Shown: piece by piece, positions 45,560-58,507 of the stretch
Numbering within the stretch: position 1 is the first letter of the stretch
How the letters are laid out: each line of letters opens with the position of its first letter
DNA from: Candidatus Kaiserbacteria bacterium
GTDB taxonomy: Bacteria; Patescibacteriota; Minisyncoccia; Phycocordibacterales; UBA2100
Length of the DNA stretch: 64,000 nt
Direction of reading: 5' to 3'
Assembly: GCA_016217925.1 (NCBI GenBank)
Contig: JACRFK010000003.1
Coordinates: 8,364 to 72,363 of the forward strand
Position numbers and translations under genes: made by a program
Notes under the pieces: model-generated
Told to the model about the DNA's origin: nothing
Seen by the model: only the letters and a program-made list of their open reading frames with translations
The model's database searches: none

Positions 45560-46498
45560 ATGTCAAAAATACTGGTCGCAGGGTCCATCGCGTACGACCG
45601 CATCATGGATTACGGCGGTAATTTCACGGACTCTTTCGTTCCGGACAAATTGCATACGCTCAGCGTCAGCTTCCAGGTAGAGCGCATCAAAGAAGAATTT
45701 GGCGGAGTCGCAGGTAATCTTGCCTACAATCTGAAGCTTCTCGGAGAGGAGCCCGAAATGCTCGGGACCGCCGGCTCCGATTTCGGCCGGTATGCGCAAT
45801 ATCTGCAGAAGCTCGGCATCGGCGTCGGTTCTATACACATAGACCCGTCCGACCTCACTTCTGTCGCGCACATTGTGACCGACCGCGCCAACAATCAAAT
45901 AGCAGCCTTTGCGATGGCGGCGGGCGCGAAGCCGTACGGCCCCCTGCCCGACGAAGCTTTCGAGTGCGCCATCTTGGGCGCGGGATGTGTCAGCGATACT
46001 ATTGCCATCGCTGCACATGCAAAGGCGAAAGGCATCAAGTATTATTTTGACCCCGGCCAGGCAATGCCCGCATTTTCGTCCGAAGACCTGAAACAAGTAA
46101 TTTCCGGAGCAGCTGGTCTTTTTTGCAACGACTACGAGCTCGGTCTTATTGAAGAAAAAACGGGCTGGGATGAAGCCGCGCTCCCCACAGAGACGCCGCT
46201 TCTTGTCGTCACCCTCGGCGCAAAAGGCTCACGCATCAGCACCACAGAGGGTGTCGTCGAAGTTTCCGCCGTCCCACTAAAAAAACTTGTGGACCCGACG
46301 GGCGCGGGAGACGCGCACCGCGCGGGATTCATAAAGGGAATTATTGCGGGCTTGCCGCTCAAGCAGTGTGGGCAGTTGGCGAGCGTCGTCGCCGCATACG
46401 CGGTGGAAAATTTCGGCACACAAAATCACCGGTTCACTATTGCAGAGGCGAGCGAACGATACGAAAAAGCATACCGAGAAAAAATCGCACTACTGTAG
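45560..46498 (+). CDS. PfkB-family carbohydrate/nucleoside kinase (adenosine kinase-like)
   Basis: ...DPTGAGDAHRAGF... ribokinase-family anion-hole motif and GG N-terminal motif. The adenosine kinase assignment is inferred from adjacency to ahcY. Confidence 0.7.
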   Translation: MSKILVAGSIAYDRIMDYGGNFTDSFVPDKLHTLSVSFQVERIKEEFGGVAGNLAYNLKLLGEEPEMLGTAGSDFGRYAQYLQKLGIGVGSIHIDPSDLTSVAHIVTDRANNQIAAFAMAAGAKPYGPLPDEAFECAILGAGCVSDTIAIAAHAKAKGIKYYFDPGQAMPAFSSEDLKQVISGAAGLFCNDYELGLIEEKTGWDEAALPTETPLLVVTLGAKGSRISTTEGVVEVSAVPLKKLVDPTGAGDAHRAGFIKGIIAGLPLKQCGQLASVVAAYAVENFGTQNHRFTIAEASERYEKAYREKIALL

Positions 46499-46515
46499 TA
46501 TAATCACACTCCATG

Positions 46516-47854
<1,339 letters not shown>

Positions 47855-47856
47855 AG

Positions 47857-47972
47857 GCCCTATAACAACCCTATCTGCTGCGTTGCGGAGCCTCTGCGAT
47901 TTCCTCACCGTACAAATGTACGTCTCGGAAATCACTTTCTCCGCGCCTTGCATCTCGGGCCGTTCTAGGGCT
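47857..47972 (+). ncRNA. Candidate structured RNA / palindromic intergenic element, copy A (downstream of ahcY)
   Basis: ~75% identical to copy B at 62177-62291, same orientation. Shared blocks CTGCGTTG(T)TGCGGAGCCTCTG, TCACCGTACAA(A/C)ATGTACG, CTTTCTCC(G/A)CGCCT(T/C)GCATCT(C/G)GGCC; internal stems change in a compensatory way. Confidence 0.4.
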
Positions 47973-47982
47973 TCATATAGGA

Positions 47983-48876
47983 ATGACTACCAAAATGCGT
48001 TCGTGTTTCCATATCGAAATAGTCACGCCGAAGAGGGTAGTACTCGACGGACTTTGGTTCGGTCTCAGGAAACCGAAGCGGCTGATTATTTTTGTGCACG
48101 GCCTCACCGGCTCACTCTTCAGCATGCGCCGTATAATGGATGTGATGGTGGGCGGTGGCACTGCGGTTCTTGTATTCAACAACCGCGGCTTCGAGCACGT
48201 CAGTGAATACAAGCAAAAGAAAGGAAAGAATTCGAAGTGGAAGGTCGGCGGGGCGGGGCATGAGATTTTTACGGAATGCGCCGACGACATCGAAGGTGCG
48301 GTGCGCTTCGCCCGCAGGGCGGGAGTAAAGAATGTATATTTGGCCGGACACTCGACCGGCTGCCAGAAGGCGGTCTACTGGGCGAGCAAGCACGCGGGGG
48401 GTCGGGCCGTAAAAGGCATCATTTGCCTGGGCCCCCTCAGTGACTATGCGATCGCTCTGGAACAGGATAGCGGCGGCAAACTGAAGCGCGCGGTCGCGTA
48501 TGCCCGTGCACTGGTAGCGAAAGGCAAGCCGCACGAGCTCATGCCGGTAGCGCTTGGACCGTGGTTTACGTGCGACGCGCAGCGGTTCTTGAGCTTGTGT
48601 ACGCCGGATAGCCCGGAAGAAATATTTTCGTACGCGCAACCAAAGAAGATGCCGCGCGCTTTGCGCGCGCTCCGAATACCTGTGCTTACGTTGCTTGCCG
48701 GAAATGAGGAGCACACCAAGCGACCGGCGGAGGATATCGCGAAGTGGCTCGAGGAGAATATCCGCACTCCGCACCGGGTCGTTATCGTGCTTGATGTCGG
48801 GCACGGATTCAAGGGCGGAGAGAGAGTCGTCCTCCGGACAATACGACAATTTTTAGCCTCTACGACGATACAATGA
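47983..48876 (+). CDS. Alpha/beta-hydrolase-fold protein
   Basis: ...LIIFVHGLTGSLF..., nucleophile elbow GHSTGC (GxSxG); 297 aa. Confidence 0.7.
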   Translation: MTTKMRSCFHIEIVTPKRVVLDGLWFGLRKPKRLIIFVHGLTGSLFSMRRIMDVMVGGGTAVLVFNNRGFEHVSEYKQKKGKNSKWKVGGAGHEIFTECADDIEGAVRFARRAGVKNVYLAGHSTGCQKAVYWASKHAGGRAVKGIICLGPLSDYAIALEQDSGGKLKRAVAYARALVAKGKPHELMPVALGPWFTCDAQRFLSLCTPDSPEEIFSYAQPKKMPRALRALRIPVLTLLAGNEEHTKRPAEDIAKWLEENIRTPHRVVIVLDVGHGFKGGERVVLRTIRQFLASTTIQ

Positions 48877-48930
48877 GATGTCATCTCATTGTATCACGAT
48901 GCAGGTGAGAAATATGTTAGACTAGCGCGC

Positions 48931-49979
<1,049 letters not shown>

Positions 49980-50107
49980 TTTTGACGCATTGCTTCGTTG
50001 GACATCGGTCACCCGCACTCGCCGTACATTTCAGTACGACTCGTTTGGTTCCCTCGTCCGCCTCGCACTGCATTCAAAATTAAGTAAATTGGTTGTAGTA
50101 TCAAATC

Positions 50108-50557
50108 ATGTCAGAGCTATTCGAAGCATTCGGTGTCAATTGGAAACTGCTTCTCGTGCAAGCGGTCAATTTCGGATTGCTGCTCGCCGTTCTCACATAC
50201 TTCCTCTACAAGCCGGTTCTGCGCATCATTGACGAACGACAGAAAAAGATCGCGGAAGGGGTGAAAACGGCCGAGGAGGCCGCGAGAAAACTCGCCGACG
50301 CCAAGGTAGAGGGTGACGGCATTGTGGGAACCGCGTCGCGTGAAGCGGAGCATCTGGTCGCCACAGCCCGCAGCCGTGCGGACGAGAAGGGTGCGGAGAT
50401 AGTAAAAGCCGCCGAGGCCCGTGCCAATGCCGTCATTAAGGAGGCGGGCGCGCACGCCGAGGAGGCGAAACGCATGGCGCTTTCGGAGAGCTCCAAAGAG
50501 ATCGCACGGGCGGCAATGCTCGCAGCCGAAAAGATACTTCGCGAGAAATCCGCATAA
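50108..50557 (+). CDS. atpF: ATP synthase Fo subunit b
   Basis: N-terminal TM followed by a long Ala/Glu/Lys-rich helix; operon position. Confidence 0.8.
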   Translation: MSELFEAFGVNWKLLLVQAVNFGLLLAVLTYFLYKPVLRIIDERQKKIAEGVKTAEEAARKLADAKVEGDGIVGTASREAEHLVATARSRADEKGAEIVKAAEARANAVIKEAGAHAEEAKRMALSESSKEIARAAMLAAEKILREKSA

Positions 50558-50561
50558 CAAT

Positions 50562-50948
50562 ATGGAACGGTCGTACGCACAGGCATTGTGGAAGATGGTA
50601 GAAGGCGGGGTGACACCGGCCAAAGCCGTGCATGCGCTTCGGGACACCTTGAAGGCGCACGGCCGCGATGCGCTTCTGCCTCGTATCGCGAGCGCGTTTT
50701 CGCGTATCGCAGAGCGTGAAGCGAAACGCACTGACGTGGTACTCACGGTCGCACGCGAGAAGGATGAACGTCACGCACACAGGGACATTAGGGGATTGCT
50801 CAGAGAGATGGGGGTCGAGGCAAAAGATCTCAAGACGCAAGTCGACGATACGCTTGTCGGCGGCTGGCGCCTCGAGGGCAGAGAGCATTTGGTAGATGCG
50901 AGTTATAAGAAACAATTATTGGATTTGTATACAAGGGTCACGAGTTGA
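50562..50948 (+). CDS. atpH: ATP synthase F1 subunit delta (short form, ~128 aa)
   Basis: Operon position between atpF and atpA; helical OSCP-like N-terminus (MERSYAQALWKMVEGG...). Confidence 0.65.
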   Translation: MERSYAQALWKMVEGGVTPAKAVHALRDTLKAHGRDALLPRIASAFSRIAEREAKRTDVVLTVAREKDERHAHRDIRGLLREMGVEAKDLKTQVDDTLVGGWRLEGREHLVDASYKKQLLDLYTRVTS

Positions 50949-50976
50949 TTTTTACTACTAACTACCAACTATTCCT

Positions 50977-52575
50977 ATGGATTCAGCAACCGTCGAGAAG
51001 ATAATCAAAGAGATAGGCAACATCGCACCTGCACACGAAGGTGAGCACGTAGGCCGGGTGGTCGCGGTCGGCGACGGCGTTGTCGCCATCGACGGACTTT
51101 CCAAGGCGGTGATGAGCGAAGTGCTCCTCTTCGAAGAGGGCAAAGGCAAGAAGCTGAAGGATACATTGTCCGCCGGAGGCGGATCCTCCTCCGGAGGAGA
51201 AACACAGGGGGAACTCTACGGCCTCATTTTGAACCTCGAAGAAGACGGCGTGCGCGCGACCATTCTTGGCGACACTGCCCGTGTGAGCGAAGGCATGACC
51301 GTCAAATCGACCGGAAGGATCCTCTCGGTGCCGGCAAGCGAAGAGCTGCTCGGCCGGGTAGTGAATGCCCTCGGCGAGCCGATAGACGGTAAAGGACCAT
51401 TCAAGAAAACGAAACTCATGCCGATAGAACGACAAGCGGCGGGTGTTATCGACCGCAAGTCGGTGTCGGTCCCACTTGCGACCGGTACCAAAGCAATTGA
51501 CGCGATGATTCCCATCGGTCGCGGCCAACGCGAGCTCATCATCGGCGACCGCGGCACGGGGAAGACCACTGTCGCCATTGACGCCATCATCAACCAAAAG
51601 TACGAACCGGAAGCGACCCGCCCCATCTGCATCTATGTCGCCATCGGCCAGAAGGAGAGTAAGACCGCACGCATCGCGCAGCAATTGCGCGAACAGGGTG
51701 CGATGGACTACACCATCATCGTCGACGCTCCCGCGTCCGCTCCCGCCGCGCTCCAGTACCTGTCGCCGTTTAGCGGCGTTGCCATCGGTGAATACTTCAT
51801 GGACAAAGGCCGCGACGTCCTCATTGTCTATGATGACCTCTCCAAGCAGGCTACCGCTTACCGTCAGCTCTCGCTCCTTCTGCGCCGTCCGCCGGGTCGC
51901 GAAGCGTATCCGGGCGACGTATTTTACTTACACTCGCGATTACTTGAACGCGCATGCCGCCTGAACGAGGAAAAGGGCGGCGGTTCTATCACAGCGCTCC
52001 CTATCATCGAGACGCAGGAAGGCGACGTCTCCGGATACATCCCGACCAACGTCATCTCCATCACCGACGGCCAGATGTTCCTCGTGGCTGACCTCTTCAA
52101 CAAAGGCATCAAGCCGGCCATCGACGTCGGCATCTCGGTCTCACGCGTCGGTTCCGCCGCGCAGACCAAGGCGATGAAAGGCGTCGCCGGCGGCATCAAG
52201 CTGGAGCTCGCGCAATTCCGCGAGCTTGAAGCATTCATGCAATTCGCTTCAGACCTCGACAAAGCCACTGCCGACCGCATCGAATCGGGCCGCCGCATGG
52301 TGGAGGTCTTGAAACAGAAAAACGGCGCTCCGATACCCCTCGAGCGTCAGGTCGCCGCGTTGTACGCCGCAGGACACGCGTTTTTTCTCGACGTACCGGT
52401 GAATAAAGTTACCGAAGTCGAGCGTCAGCTCATGGAATTTCTCGATGGTCAGTACTCGAAAACTCTTGCAGCTATCAAGAAGACGGGCCAACTTTCCGAG
52501 GACGCGAAGAAAGAGCTGAACAATGCGATGGAGGAGTTCAGGCTTGCGCATCCGGAGTTGTTTGCGACGAAATAA
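50977..52575 (+). CDS. atpA: ATP synthase F1 subunit alpha
   Basis: ...GDRGTGKT... P-loop, ...VYVAIGQK..., ...DDLSKQA... Carries a ~24-aa Gly/Ser-rich insertion in the N-terminal barrel, encoded by the palindromic mini-element. Confidence 0.9.
   Translation: MDSATVEKIIKEIGNIAPAHEGEHVGRVVAVGDGVVAIDGLSKAVMSEVLLFEEGKGKKLKDTLSAGGGSSSGGETQGELYGLILNLEEDGVRATILGDTARVSEGMTVKSTGRILSVPASEELLGRVVNALGEPIDGKGPFKKTKLMPIERQAAGVIDRKSVSVPLATGTKAIDAMIPIGRGQRELIIGDRGTGKTTVAIDAIINQKYEPEATRPICIYVAIGQKESKTARIAQQLREQGAMDYTIIVDAPASAPAALQYLSPFSGVAIGEYFMDKGRDVLIVYDDLSKQATAYRQLSLLLRRPPGREAYPGDVFYLHSRLLERACRLNEEKGGGSITALPIIETQEGDVSGYIPTNVISITDGQMFLVADLFNKGIKPAIDVGISVSRVGSAAQTKAMKGVAGGIKLELAQFRELEAFMQFASDLDKATADRIESGRRMVEVLKQKNGAPIPLERQVAALYAAGHAFFLDVPVNKVTEVERQLMEFLDGQYSKTLAAIKKTGQLSEDAKKELNNAMEEFRLAHPELFATK
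51168..51198. repeat. 31-bp double-palindrome mini-element (GTCCGCCGGAGGC-GGATCC-TCCTCCGGAGGA) in-frame in atpA
   Basis: Contains the hairpin CCGCC-GGA-GGCGG and the perfect 12-bp palindrome TCCTCCGGAGGA; encodes [11 protein letters not shown]. Confidence 0.55.
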
Positions 52576-52603
52576 ATATCCGGGCGATGTCTCCACGTGA
52601 GTT

Positions 52604-53542
52604 ATGGCAAACCTGAAAAGCATCAAATCAAAGATTCTCTCGTACAAGAAGACGGGGACAGTGACGCACGCTATGGAAGCGGTCTCCGCCGTCAAGATGC
52701 GCAAGTCGCAGGGGCGCGCACTTTCTACGCGCGCGTACGCCCGCGCGGCGCTTCGCATACTTTCGCATATCGCGGGAAGTATCGACGTGCAGCGGCATCC
52801 GCTCGTACACAAGGACCCGAGCAAAGACATAACGTGCATCGTCCTCGTGACGAGCGACAAGGGGCTTGCCGGGAGCCTCAACGCCGCTGTCATCAGAAAA
52901 GTGCTGGAGTTCATCAAGGAACACAACCTGTCGCCGAAGACCCTGGAATTTATCTGTCTGGGAAGGCGCGGATATGAATTTGCGCAGCGCAACGGGTACC
53001 GGGTACTGCACCACATGACCAACATTACCGACGGGGTCTCTGAACTCGAAGTCCGCGATATAACAGGCCGTATAACCGAGCTGCAAACTTCGGGAGATGC
53101 CCGCAAGGTGTATATGGCGTACACGAATTTCTGCTCAACATTTGAACAGGAGCCTATCATGCGGCAGATCTTGCCGCTGCGCAGACAAATTATTCAGGAG
53201 ATTGTTGACGGTATTGTGCCTGAAAAAGGGAAATACGCCGCTATAGCGACGAGAGAAGGCAAACATGCGAATGGGGAAGGACCCGCCGCATACACGATGG
53301 AGCCGGACGCCGCATCCGTGCTTGCGGAAGTACTCCCGAAGCTCGCGAACGTCGCGGTATTTCACGCCCTTCTCGAGACCAAAGCATCGGAACACAGTGC
53401 ACGCATGGTCGCGATGAAAAGTGCGACCGACAAAGCAAAGGAGATGGCAAGCAGTCTCACGCGCACGTTCAACAAAGTCCGCCAAGCATCCATCACCCGC
53501 GAAGTGTCCGAAATCACATCCGGCATCGAGGCGATGAAGTAA
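52604..53542 (+). CDS. atpG: ATP synthase F1 subunit gamma
   Basis: MANLKSIKSKILSYKKTGTVTHAMEAVSAVKMRK... and C-terminal ...ITREVSEITSGIEAMK helix. Confidence 0.9.
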   Translation: MANLKSIKSKILSYKKTGTVTHAMEAVSAVKMRKSQGRALSTRAYARAALRILSHIAGSIDVQRHPLVHKDPSKDITCIVLVTSDKGLAGSLNAAVIRKVLEFIKEHNLSPKTLEFICLGRRGYEFAQRNGYRVLHHMTNITDGVSELEVRDITGRITELQTSGDARKVYMAYTNFCSTFEQEPIMRQILPLRRQIIQEIVDGIVPEKGKYAAIATREGKHANGEGPAAYTMEPDAASVLAEVLPKLANVAVFHALLETKASEHSARMVAMKSATDKAKEMASSLTRTFNKVRQASITREVSEITSGIEAMK

Positions 53543-53543
53543 T

Positions 53544-53903
53544 ATGCTCGAAGCGGGAAAAAAAGAAGGGACGGTCGAGGCACTTATCGGAAGAGCTAAT
53601 CCAAAGGCGTACGTTGCGGACGCAGCTCAGTTGGCAATACGAGAGGTTGGGATGGAGTATAGGTTGGGGAAAAAGAACGAAGACATGGTCATCAATGGCA
53701 TAAAAGAGGCGATGGTTCGTTTTTCTGCCGGGGAAACGCCTCAGACCGTGACTGAATGGAAGAGAATTGCCTTTATAAGCGGCGAAGAGCTCTTGAGGGA
53801 TCTTGCACTACTCGGATTTGATGAGAGCGAAGGAATGATCGGAGCGTATCACGAGGCCGTAGACGCTTACCTTGCGGAGATCTTGAAGGAGAAGCGGGAG
53901 TGA
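53544..53903 (+). CDS. Hypothetical protein inserted between atpG and atpD
   Basis: 119-aa ORF with lower local GC and weaker GC3 bias than neighbouring genes; no recognisable motif. Confidence 0.45.
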   Translation: MLEAGKKEGTVEALIGRANPKAYVADAAQLAIREVGMEYRLGKKNEDMVINGIKEAMVRFSAGETPQTVTEWKRIAFISGEELLRDLALLGFDESEGMIGAYHEAVDAYLAEILKEKRE

Positions 53904-53919
53904 GGGTTTTTTATTCACC

Positions 53920-55362
<1,443 letters not shown>

Positions 55363-55369
55363 AATTGCT

Positions 55370-55624
55370 ATGGCTGGCAATCAAAACACGTTCCACCTCA
55401 CGATAGCGAGCGTCGGGGAGACGCGCTTTGACGGCGCCGCGGTCTCCGCGACGTTACCGGGTGCCTCGGGGGAGCTCACCATACTCGCGCACCATGAACC
55501 CATCGTGACAACGCTGAAGCCGGGAACCATTACTGTGCGTGAGGCGGATGCAGAGCCAAAACAATTCAAGATAGACAGCGGCATTCTCGAGTGCTCGGAA
55601 AGTCGCGCCATCGTTCTGTTGTAG
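55370..55624 (+). CDS. atpC: ATP synthase F1 subunit epsilon (N-terminal beta-sandwich only; C-terminal helical hairpin absent)
   Basis: 84 aa; ...FHLTIASVGETRFDGAAVSATLPGASGELTILAHHEPIVTTLKPG... Confidence 0.75.
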   Translation: MAGNQNTFHLTIASVGETRFDGAAVSATLPGASGELTILAHHEPIVTTLKPGTITVREADAEPKQFKIDSGILECSESRAIVLL

Positions 55625-55671
55625 ACTTGTTTTCAACAGTGAAGCGCCCTCAATGCTCGCGAGGCAGTACA

Positions 55672-57633
55672 ATGGACGTAATGCGTCACGCGCGTATTTT
55701 TTTGATGTTGTTTGTTGCAGCCGCGGTACTTACGCCTGCACCGGCGGTGCAGGCGGCGCTTGCAGTAAACGGCCAAAATATCTGTCCCACGGGCACAACC
55801 GGCGATCCGAGCGGTTCAAAAGAGTTTCCCGTCCCCACTGACACAAAAAAAATCGATGCGTATCTCAAACAGAAAGTGATGTGCCCAAATGCATGCTTCA
55901 ATATCAGAGTCTCGCTCTCGGCAAAAATATCAGAACGGTTGCTCACCATCAAGACGACCGCATCGAATGCTTGCGGAACTCCAAATCCGACCGCTGAAGA
56001 CGCAAAAAATAAGAATCGCGGGTGTTCGAAAGGGCAAACCCCGCCCACCATTTTCGTCCAGTCTCCGGCAATTTTCGGGGTCCTCTCGAAGCCGCGGTCC
56101 GAAGGGCCACGATCACGTTGCGATCCTGCGGTATCGCGGGTAATCGGAACTTTCGCACAAGGCGACCTTGAGCAGGGATTTAATGGGATTGCCAGTTTGC
56201 AAGCTGCCGCTACCGTGCAGGGTCCTGCAACGGTCGACTTGAGCATCCCTACTGACCGCAACCAGATAGCTATGGAGCTTGCCGCGGGCACGAATATATC
56301 GGTTGACGATGCGAAGGCAATAGTTGCGCGAGACCCTGAGGCCGCTATCAAAGCGATAAATGCTATTTCGACCGGAAGCGACGCTGAAATAAAGACGGCG
56401 GTAGCCGCAATAGGACTCAATCCTGATCTTACCGACAAAGCGGCACTTCAAGCAGTTGTTGCACAAAACAATGGACTGCCAGTGAACGACCCAAACGATA
56501 CTCTAGAACTATCCGCCCTCAGTACGTTTAGGCAGAGTCCAGACGAAGCCACCGGTCCAAATATTGCCGAGAGACTCGCGCCTATGTGCTATCAGCAGGG
56601 AATGGGCGGGTGCGGCAATGCGTGCAATGTACCGAATCCGAGCACGCTCACGTGCGCGGCCAACAATCCCGGCGCGCTCACATTTACGGCGTGGCAGACT
56701 CAGTATGGGGGCCGCCCGTGCGGGTTGGCCAACAACACCACGTGTTACGACACCATCGAGGGCGGCATCGCCGCGCAGGCGAATCTGCTCATGACAAGCC
56801 CCCGGTACTTCGGAACAGGCAACAACACGATATTGGGCGCGTTTTGCGGCGGGTACACTGCAAATCGTGACCAATGTGCTCCGTATGCAGCTTTCATATC
56901 CGCGCAGACAGGCATCCCGATTAACCAGACAATAGACCCCAACAACACAGAGCAGATCGCGGCCATCATGATGGCGTCGTCCCGTTTCGAGAATGGTCGC
57001 GGCGTTATTTACACACCCGAGCAACTCCAAAAAGGGCTGCAGGTGGCACTCGGTACGGATGTATTGCCTGAGGGCACGCCGGGCTACATCCCGAGAACTA
57101 TGTACGGGACGAACGGCGGCACGCAATTCGGTTCTGCGTTCAGCATGAGCTCGGCCGCTCCGCCCGCGGCCGCGCCGGTAGGATACGGAAGCCCATTCGC
57201 ACAAGGTTCTAATGTCCCGATTGCGCAAACACAAACACAATCGAGCGTACAGCAGACAGCACCGGTCCAGATCTCACAACAAATTCAGCGCGTGCAGGAC
57301 AGCATCCCGTCTTCATCGGTCGCAGAGCAATTGCAGCAAGCCTTGAGCGGCGCCTCTTCCACTCCCGAGAAATCGCCCATCGCTATCATCGTTCAGCCAA
57401 AAGAAGTGACGAAGGGAGAGCAGGTCACCGTTTCGTGGTCGTCGAAAGGAATGAGTACGGAAATACCGTGCGTCTTACGCATAGGCTCAGCCATCATCGC
57501 ACGCAAAAATCAGGGAGCGAGCGTCGTACAGACAAGCCCGCTCATGGCGACAGGTTCACTTGTCTTTACGCTCTCGTGCACCACCCCGTCGGGTACGCAG
57601 ATACAACGCAACGCGGCGGTGTTCGTCCGGTGA
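55672..57633 (+). CDS. Large secreted cysteine-rich protein with Gln/Ser-rich linker and C-terminal Ig-like region, hypothetical
   Basis: Signal peptide MDVMRHARIFLMLFVAAAVLTPAPAVQA; >20 Cys in clustered CxxC/CGNAC motifs; no identifiable family. Confidence 0.55.
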   Translation: MDVMRHARIFLMLFVAAAVLTPAPAVQAALAVNGQNICPTGTTGDPSGSKEFPVPTDTKKIDAYLKQKVMCPNACFNIRVSLSAKISERLLTIKTTASNACGTPNPTAEDAKNKNRGCSKGQTPPTIFVQSPAIFGVLSKPRSEGPRSRCDPAVSRVIGTFAQGDLEQGFNGIASLQAAATVQGPATVDLSIPTDRNQIAMELAAGTNISVDDAKAIVARDPEAAIKAINAISTGSDAEIKTAVAAIGLNPDLTDKAALQAVVAQNNGLPVNDPNDTLELSALSTFRQSPDEATGPNIAERLAPMCYQQGMGGCGNACNVPNPSTLTCAANNPGALTFTAWQTQYGGRPCGLANNTTCYDTIEGGIAAQANLLMTSPRYFGTGNNTILGAFCGGYTANRDQCAPYAAFISAQTGIPINQTIDPNNTEQIAAIMMASSRFENGRGVIYTPEQLQKGLQVALGTDVLPEGTPGYIPRTMYGTNGGTQFGSAFSMSSAAPPAAAPVGYGSPFAQGSNVPIAQTQTQSSVQQTAPVQISQQIQRVQDSIPSSSVAEQLQQALSGASSTPEKSPIAIIVQPKEVTKGEQVTVSWSSKGMSTEIPCVLRIGSAIIARKNQGASVVQTSPLMATGSLVFTLSCTTPSGTQIQRNAAVFVR

Positions 57634-57642
57634 TATAGAAGT

Positions 57643-57936
57643 ATGGGTTTCAAGAGAACTGTGGAAGATTTTACCTGCGAACATTGCGGTACTTACGTAA
57701 AAGGTGACGGGTACACCAATCACTGTCCAAAATGTCTATGGAGCAAGCACTTGGATGTAGAGCCAGGGGATAGAGCCGCGGTATGTGGCGGTATGATGGA
57801 GCCCATAGCCCTTGAGGGTACGACGCCGAAGTATCGCATCATACAACGCTGCCTTCGCTGTAAAGTGGAGCGTCCGATCGGGATTTCAAAGGGCGATGAC
57901 ATGCGCGCAGCCCTTGCTATTGCGGGAAATCGCTGA
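57643..57936 (+). CDS. RNHCP-domain protein (zinc-ribbon-like)
   Basis: ...CEHCGTYV...YTNHCPKCLWSKHLD...RCLRC... matches the RNHCP pattern. Confidence 0.65.
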   Translation: MGFKRTVEDFTCEHCGTYVKGDGYTNHCPKCLWSKHLDVEPGDRAAVCGGMMEPIALEGTTPKYRIIQRCLRCKVERPIGISKGDDMRAALAIAGNR

Positions 57937-57955
57937 CGTGGCATTATACGGGAAT

Positions 57956-58507
57956 ATGTCAGAAGGTGGAGGCGGAGATGGTGGCGGCGACGGCGGATTG
58001 GCCGATTTTTTTTGGGGGACGACGAACACCGGCCCCAGGAAAATCCCTCATTACTACGGTGATTCCGTACGCCAGCTCTTATTGGGTGCTGCCGCCCTCA
58101 TGATCATCTCATCGCCCCTCTATACCAACACACTTCGACGAGAGTTCCCGCTCATCGTTATCGCCGCCCTCGCGGCAGCTGCACTTTCGGCGATCATTAA
58201 TCCGCGAGATCGATGGATCCCCATGGCCACGGCTCTTCTCTCTGGGGTCGGATTGGTCTCCTACGCGATGTGGGGAATGTTCCAGTACGAGAACATTGGC
58301 CCGCTCCCATTTATCCTGCGTATGGCGATTGCCGTTATATTCCTGTTCGCGTTCTATTTCAGTATGAAAACACTTCGCGCCTTCATGCTTCACCAGATAG
58401 GTAAACGCGAGACGATAGACGAATTTGAGGAGCCGGATGAAAAAATCGACCAGGAAATGCTTGAACGTGAACAAATGCTCAATGGAAAACAGGGGCGCGA
58501 TCAGTAG
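57956..58507 (+). CDS. Membrane protein with Gly/Asp-rich N-terminus, hypothetical
   Basis: MSEGGGGDGGGDGG... followed by 4 TM. Confidence 0.45.
   Translation: MSEGGGGDGGGDGGLADFFWGTTNTGPRKIPHYYGDSVRQLLLGAAALMIISSPLYTNTLRREFPLIVIAALAAAALSAIINPRDRWIPMATALLSGVGLVSYAMWGMFQYENIGPLPFILRMAIAVIFLFAFYFSMKTLRAFMLHQIGKRETIDEFEEPDEKIDQEMLEREQMLNGKQGRDQ

Noticed and set aside
51168-51198. Reading the GGSSSGG-encoding stretches in atpA, fba and rsmH as ordinary flexible linkers
   Set aside because: Thirty of 31 nucleotides are identical between atpA and fba, and there is a reverse-complement match in rsmH. Independent linkers would not share nucleotide sequence, and the palindromic structure is not required for coding.
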